Origin: an uncultured virus (IMG/VR IMGVR_UViG_3300042384_001469)
Taxonomy: Duplodnaviria > Heunggongvirae > Uroviricota > Caudoviricetes
IMG/VR virus record: IMGVR_UViG_3300042384_001469
DNA: 20,000 bases
Direction: 5' to 3' (one strand)
Within the stretch, counting starts at the first letter, position 1; every line of letters starts with the position of its first letter. The notes beneath the pieces are model-generated. The model searched no databases. It saw nothing but the letters and a program-made list of their open reading frames with translations, and was not told where the DNA came from. The translations under genes were made by a program, and so were the position numbers. Positions 16,300 to 20,000 of the stretch are shown one piece after another.

Positions 16300-17933
16300 T
16301 AACAATTGGATATAGTACAAGAAAATCAAATCCTGAATTTCAGGAATATTTAAAAAAATCATGTGGTAACCCAAAAATACAGATTATTGAAAAAGTTAAC
16401 AATGGTGAAAAAAATCTTTCAGTTGTTTATAACGAAATATTATCTGAGTCAACTAATGATATTGTAGTATTGTGTCATGATGACATTTATTTTGATACAA
16501 AAAATTGGGGGGAAAAACTTAAAAAAGTTTTTGATAGAAATAATGAGTTTTCAATTTTAGGAGTTGCAGGAACAACAAGTTTACCTATTAGTGGTATGTG
16601 GTGGGAAGATAGGTCTAAAATGTTTGGTATTGTGAATCATGAACATGATGGTAAAAAATGGGAATCAAGGTATTCGGATTCTTTACAAAACAATGTTAAA
16701 GAAGTTGTACTTGTTGACGGTTTGTTTATGTGTTTAAATAAACAAAAAATTAAAGACTCTTTTGATGAATCAGTTGATGGATTCCATTTTTATGATGTCA
16801 ATTTTTGTTTTAAAAATTATTTAAGTGGGTGTAAGATTGGAGTAATTACAAATATTAGAATCACCCATAAGTCAATAGGAATGACAAATGAAAAATGGGA
16901 AGAAAATAGGAAAATTTTTTCTGAAAAGTATAAAAACAACTTACCTTCAAAAATAAAAGTAACCGAAAATGACAAATTAAAAGTTTTAATTGGTTGTTTA
17001 TTTTTTAGAGAATTTACAGGTTCTGAAATGTACGTTTACGAACTATCCAAAAATTTACTAAAAATGAATGTAGATGTTTCTATTGTTGCTTATGAAACTG
17101 TCGGTAGATTATCTGAAATTGCTAAAAAAGAAGGGATTAAAGTTTATAATATTACAGAACCTCCAGGGTTTAAAATGGGGGACGGAATTTGGAGGATGTC
17201 TACACCAAATGGGATAATAACAACTGAAAAAAACAAATATTATAGAATCTCAAATGAAACGTTTGATATTATTCATTACCAACACCAACCTGTTGTAAAT
17301 ACGTTAAATAATTTATATCCCGATATTAAAAAAATATATACTATACATTCTGAAGTCATTTCTTTAGAAAATCCAATAATTAATGAGAGTGTTAAAAAAT
17401 ACATAGCAATTCGACCTGAGATTAAAGAGTGTATTGTTAAAAATTTTAACGTACCCGAAAACCTTGTTGAAGTTATTTACAACCCAATTAATTCTGAAAA
17501 ATTTAATATTAAAAATACAAAAGATTTAGGTTACACTTTATTTGTTGGGACAATTGACGAGATACGAAAACAAACCATTTTTGATTTAATTAAAACCACT
17601 AAAGAAAATAATAAAACATTATATATTGTAGGTAAAAATCAATCAAACTATTTAAATTCAATTTTAAATGAGTCTCATGTAAAATATTTTGACAGTACGA
17701 TTGATGTACAAAAATATGTTAAAGATTGTTCCGAAACTGCTGGTATTTTATTAGGTAGAACTACAATTGAAGGTTGGATGTGCGGTAAAAGTGGTTGGAT
17801 ATACAACATTGATAATTTAGGTAACATAATCGATAAAAAATTACATGAGCCACCTTTAGATGTGGAAAGATTTGATTCATTAAATGTTACTAAAAAAATA
17901 AAACAAAATTATATAGACATAATTAATTTATGA
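16296..17933 (+). CDS. Two-domain glycosyltransferase: N-terminal GT-A (GT2-like) plus C-terminal GT-B (GT4-like)
   Basis: N half: YNE, VVLCHDDI, ILGVAG, VDGLF, FHFYD and H-x-S-x-G. C half: KVLI..TGSEMYVYEL, TIHS, VIYNPI, FVG and TTIEGWMCG. Confidence 0.8.
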   Translation: MITIGYSTRKSNPEFQEYLKKSCGNPKIQIIEKVNNGEKNLSVVYNEILSESTNDIVVLCHDDIYFDTKNWGEKLKKVFDRNNEFSILGVAGTTSLPISGMWWEDRSKMFGIVNHEHDGKKWESRYSDSLQNNVKEVVLVDGLFMCLNKQKIKDSFDESVDGFHFYDVNFCFKNYLSGCKIGVITNIRITHKSIGMTNEKWEENRKIFSEKYKNNLPSKIKVTENDKLKVLIGCLFFREFTGSEMYVYELSKNLLKMNVDVSIVAYETVGRLSEIAKKEGIKVYNITEPPGFKMGDGIWRMSTPNGIITTEKNKYYRISNETFDIIHYQHQPVVNTLNNLYPDIKKIYTIHSEVISLENPIINESVKKYIAIRPEIKECIVKNFNVPENLVEVIYNPINSEKFNIKNTKDLGYTLFVGTIDEIRKQTIFDLIKTTKENNKTLYIVGKNQSNYLNSILNESHVKYFDSTIDVQKYVKDCSETAGILLGRTTIEGWMCGKSGWIYNIDNLGNIIDKKLHEPPLDVERFDSLNVTKKIKQNYIDIINL

Positions 17934-18577
17934 TTTTAAACAATTTTTTTTCCAAATCCTTTTGTATAAATTTAGACAGAAGACAAGACAGATGGACGAC
18001 TATTACTAAAAAATTTAATGATTTTGGAATTGTTGCTGAAAGGTATTCCGCATTTGATGGTAAAACTTTAACATTACCATATCCTCATTCATCTGAATTA
18101 GGGGGTACCATATCTCATTTAAATGTGATTAAAATGGCGAAAGAGTTAAATTTAAAGAACGTTTTAATATACGAAGATGACGTTGAATTTGATTCAAATA
18201 TTTCTGAAAAATTTGAATCAATTATTCCTCAGATTCCTGAAGATTGGGACCTTATATATTTTGGTGGAAACCACCAAGGTCCAATTAAACAAATTTCCGA
18301 AAACATTTTTAAATTGTCTCACACTTATGCATTACAAATGTATGCAGTTAATTCAAAATCATACGACACAATTATAGATTTTTTAGAAGATAAAGTTAAT
18401 AAGGTATTAGATAAAAAAGTATCTTTTAAACCATCAGTAGCTGCCGATTTTTATTTATCTTTATTACAACCAAAATTAAATTGTTATTGTATTAGACCTC
18501 ATTTAACTTGGCAAATTCAAGATTATTCTGACATACAAGAACACATTGTAAATTATGACTATTTGTTAAAAAAATAA
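17930..18577 (+). CDS. GT25 family glycosyltransferase (Lex2/LgtB-like beta-galactosyltransferase family)
   Basis: CINLDRRQDRW, SAFDG, GGTISH, VLIYEDD and DWDLIYFG motifs. Confidence 0.88.
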   Translation: MILNNFFSKSFCINLDRRQDRWTTITKKFNDFGIVAERYSAFDGKTLTLPYPHSSELGGTISHLNVIKMAKELNLKNVLIYEDDVEFDSNISEKFESIIPQIPEDWDLIYFGGNHQGPIKQISENIFKLSHTYALQMYAVNSKSYDTIIDFLEDKVNKVLDKKVSFKPSVAADFYLSLLQPKLNCYCIRPHLTWQIQDYSDIQEHIVNYDYLLKK

Positions 18578-18579
18578 TT

Positions 18580-19395
18580 ATGGATAAAATAAATTTAAAA
18601 GATATTACTTTTTCACATAGCGTATTGGGTTATTGTAGCGATTTTCAAAAAGACAATAGGTTTTTTTGGGATAGGTCAAATTTAGACTCAAGTATTCCAT
18701 GTGTATATACAGATTTCATGTTAGGACATGAAAAAATAGATAATTATGAAAAAAACTATGCTTGGTTAATTGAACCAATGTGTATTAACTCAAATACCTA
18801 CAACTATATTTTAAATAATCACCAAAATTTTAATAAAGTTTTTACACATGAAAAATCATTACTTGATTTAAATAAGAATTTTGAATTAGTACCTTTTGGA
18901 TGTTGTTGGATTGACCCTGAACAACAAAAAGTTTATAAAAAATCAAAAGACATATCAATTATATCTTCAAATAAAAGACAAACTGACGGACATCAATTAC
19001 GTCATTTGGTTATAGATAGATATAAAGATAAAATGGATGTTTATGGTAGAGGTTATTCACCAATTGATAGAAAAATAGAAGGTTTAAAAGATTATAGATT
19101 TTCAATAGTAATTGAAAACTGTAAAAGAGATTACTGGTTTACTGAAAAATTAATAGACTGTTTTACAACTGGGACTATCCCGATTTATTGGGGGTGTCCA
19201 TCGATTGGTGATTTTTTTAACACTAAAGGAATGATTTGTTTTGACAAAATAGAAGAAATAGAAGATATTTTAACAAGTTGTAATAAAGATTTATATGAAA
19301 AAATGTTACCTTTTGTAATTGAAAATTACGAAAAATCTAAATCTTACATTTTACCTGACTCAATAATTTATAATAAATTAAAAACTAATGGATAA
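18580..19395 (+). CDS. GT10 fucosyltransferase-like protein
   Basis: Canonical YRFSIVIEN...YWFTEKLIDCF..GTIPIYWG motif. Confidence 0.85.
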   Translation: MDKINLKDITFSHSVLGYCSDFQKDNRFFWDRSNLDSSIPCVYTDFMLGHEKIDNYEKNYAWLIEPMCINSNTYNYILNNHQNFNKVFTHEKSLLDLNKNFELVPFGCCWIDPEQQKVYKKSKDISIISSNKRQTDGHQLRHLVIDRYKDKMDVYGRGYSPIDRKIEGLKDYRFSIVIENCKRDYWFTEKLIDCFTTGTIPIYWGCPSIGDFFNTKGMICFDKIEEIEDILTSCNKDLYEKMLPFVIENYEKSKSYILPDSIIYNKLKTNG

Positions 19396-20000
19396 TATAA
19401 TATCTACCGCATTGTTACAAGGAGGTTTAGGTAACCAAATGTTTCAAATTGCACATTCGTATTCTCAGGGGTTAAAAAATAAAATACCATCGGTTTTTTT
19501 ACCACAAGCATACACCCCAATGGGTAAAGCAAAACAACCCACACATTATATTAATAATATTTTTAAAAAAATTAATTTTGTTAATAATATAAATGTTAAA
19601 AAAATAGTTAGTGAGTATAGTTGGAATGAACCTAACTTGAATTTTAATTGGGACGAGTCAGTTGGGTTTAATGGGTATTTTCAAAGTAGTAAAAATTTTT
19701 TAGGGTATGACAAAGAAATAATTGATTTATTCTTACCTTCTGAAGAATTTAAAGAAAAAATATTTAAAAAATACCCTCAATTATTATCTAATAATACGAC
19801 ATCAATTCATATTAGAAGAGGTGATTATCTAACAATATCTGATATACTACCAGTTATAGATATTTCATATATTGAACACTGTATGAGTCTTTTACCTGAA
19901 ACTGAAACATTTTTTATTTTTTCAGATGATTTTACTTGGGTAAAAAATAATATTAAATCTGATAAAGTTATATTTGTTGAAGATAATGACGATTATGAAG
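19388..20000 (+). CDS. GT11 alpha-1,2-fucosyltransferase; 3' end runs off the window
   Basis: Not in the ORF track. Manual translation from ATG 19388: MDNIISTALLQGGLGNQMFQIA...GYFQS...SIHIRRGDY...FIFSDD, all canonical GT11 motifs. Confidence 0.9.
   Translation, partial: MDNIISTALLQGGLGNQMFQIAHSYSQGLKNKIPSVFLPQAYTPMGKAKQPTHYINNIFKKINFVNNINVKKIVSEYSWNEPNLNFNWDESVGFNGYFQSSKNFLGYDKEIIDLFLPSEEFKEKIFKKYPQLLSNNTTSIHIRRGDYLTISDILPVIDISYIEHCMSLLPETETFFIFSDDFTWVKNNIKSDKVIFVEDNDDYE

Noticed and set aside
11506..18377. ORFs 11506..12003, 13533..13739, 14245..14502, 15295..15483 (-) and 18177..18377 (+)
   Set aside because: They are antisense or out-of-frame shadows. The Phe/Leu/Ser richness of 11506..12003 simply mirrors Lys/Glu codons on the coding strand.
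863..19395. Stop-codon reassignment (no accepted gene ends in TAG; 17 TAA and 4 TGA, the TGA stops all in ATGA overlaps)
   Set aside because: Genes are full length and tightly packed under code 11, with no in-frame TAG interruptions. Low TAG use is expected in AT-rich genomes.
1..20000. Bacterial LPS/capsule locus or eukaryotic giant-virus origin
   Set aside because: No flippase, polymerase, transporter or membrane proteins are visible. Overlapping operonic genes, an intrinsic terminator, a sigma70-type promoter and WYL favour a bacteriophage. Not formally excluded, because no capsid or terminase gene is in the window.

Overview
Very AT-rich, densely packed window that reads as part of a large (jumbo-type) tailed phage genome in the standard genetic code. 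This is an inference from operon-like ATGA/TAATG overlaps, an intrinsic terminator, dUTPase, a stand-alone WYL gene and virion-like proteins. It has two divergent arms that start in a 45-bp gap at 11066-11110. The left arm (minus strand) holds three probable structural proteins: a mucin-like Thr/Pro/Gln-repeat protein, a small fibre/C1q-like protein and a Cys-rich LamG-like protein. These are followed directly by eight glycosyltransferase-like genes: a GT60 polypeptide GlcNAc-transferase, divergent GT11 and GT10 enzymes, two GT-A-like proteins, a fucosyltransferase-like GT-B and two HtrL/WlaTC-like paralogues. The right arm (plus strand) has four hypothetical genes plus the WYL gene and a terminator. 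A near-consensus sigma70 promoter then precedes a GT4-like enzyme, a PolB-type 3'-5' exonuclease, dUTPase, a GT2-GT4 fusion, GT25, GT10 and GT11. The main hypothesis is a phage-encoded mucin-type O-glycosylation pathway that decorates its own Thr/Pro-rich virion protein. All family calls come from motif recognition only; no database search was run.
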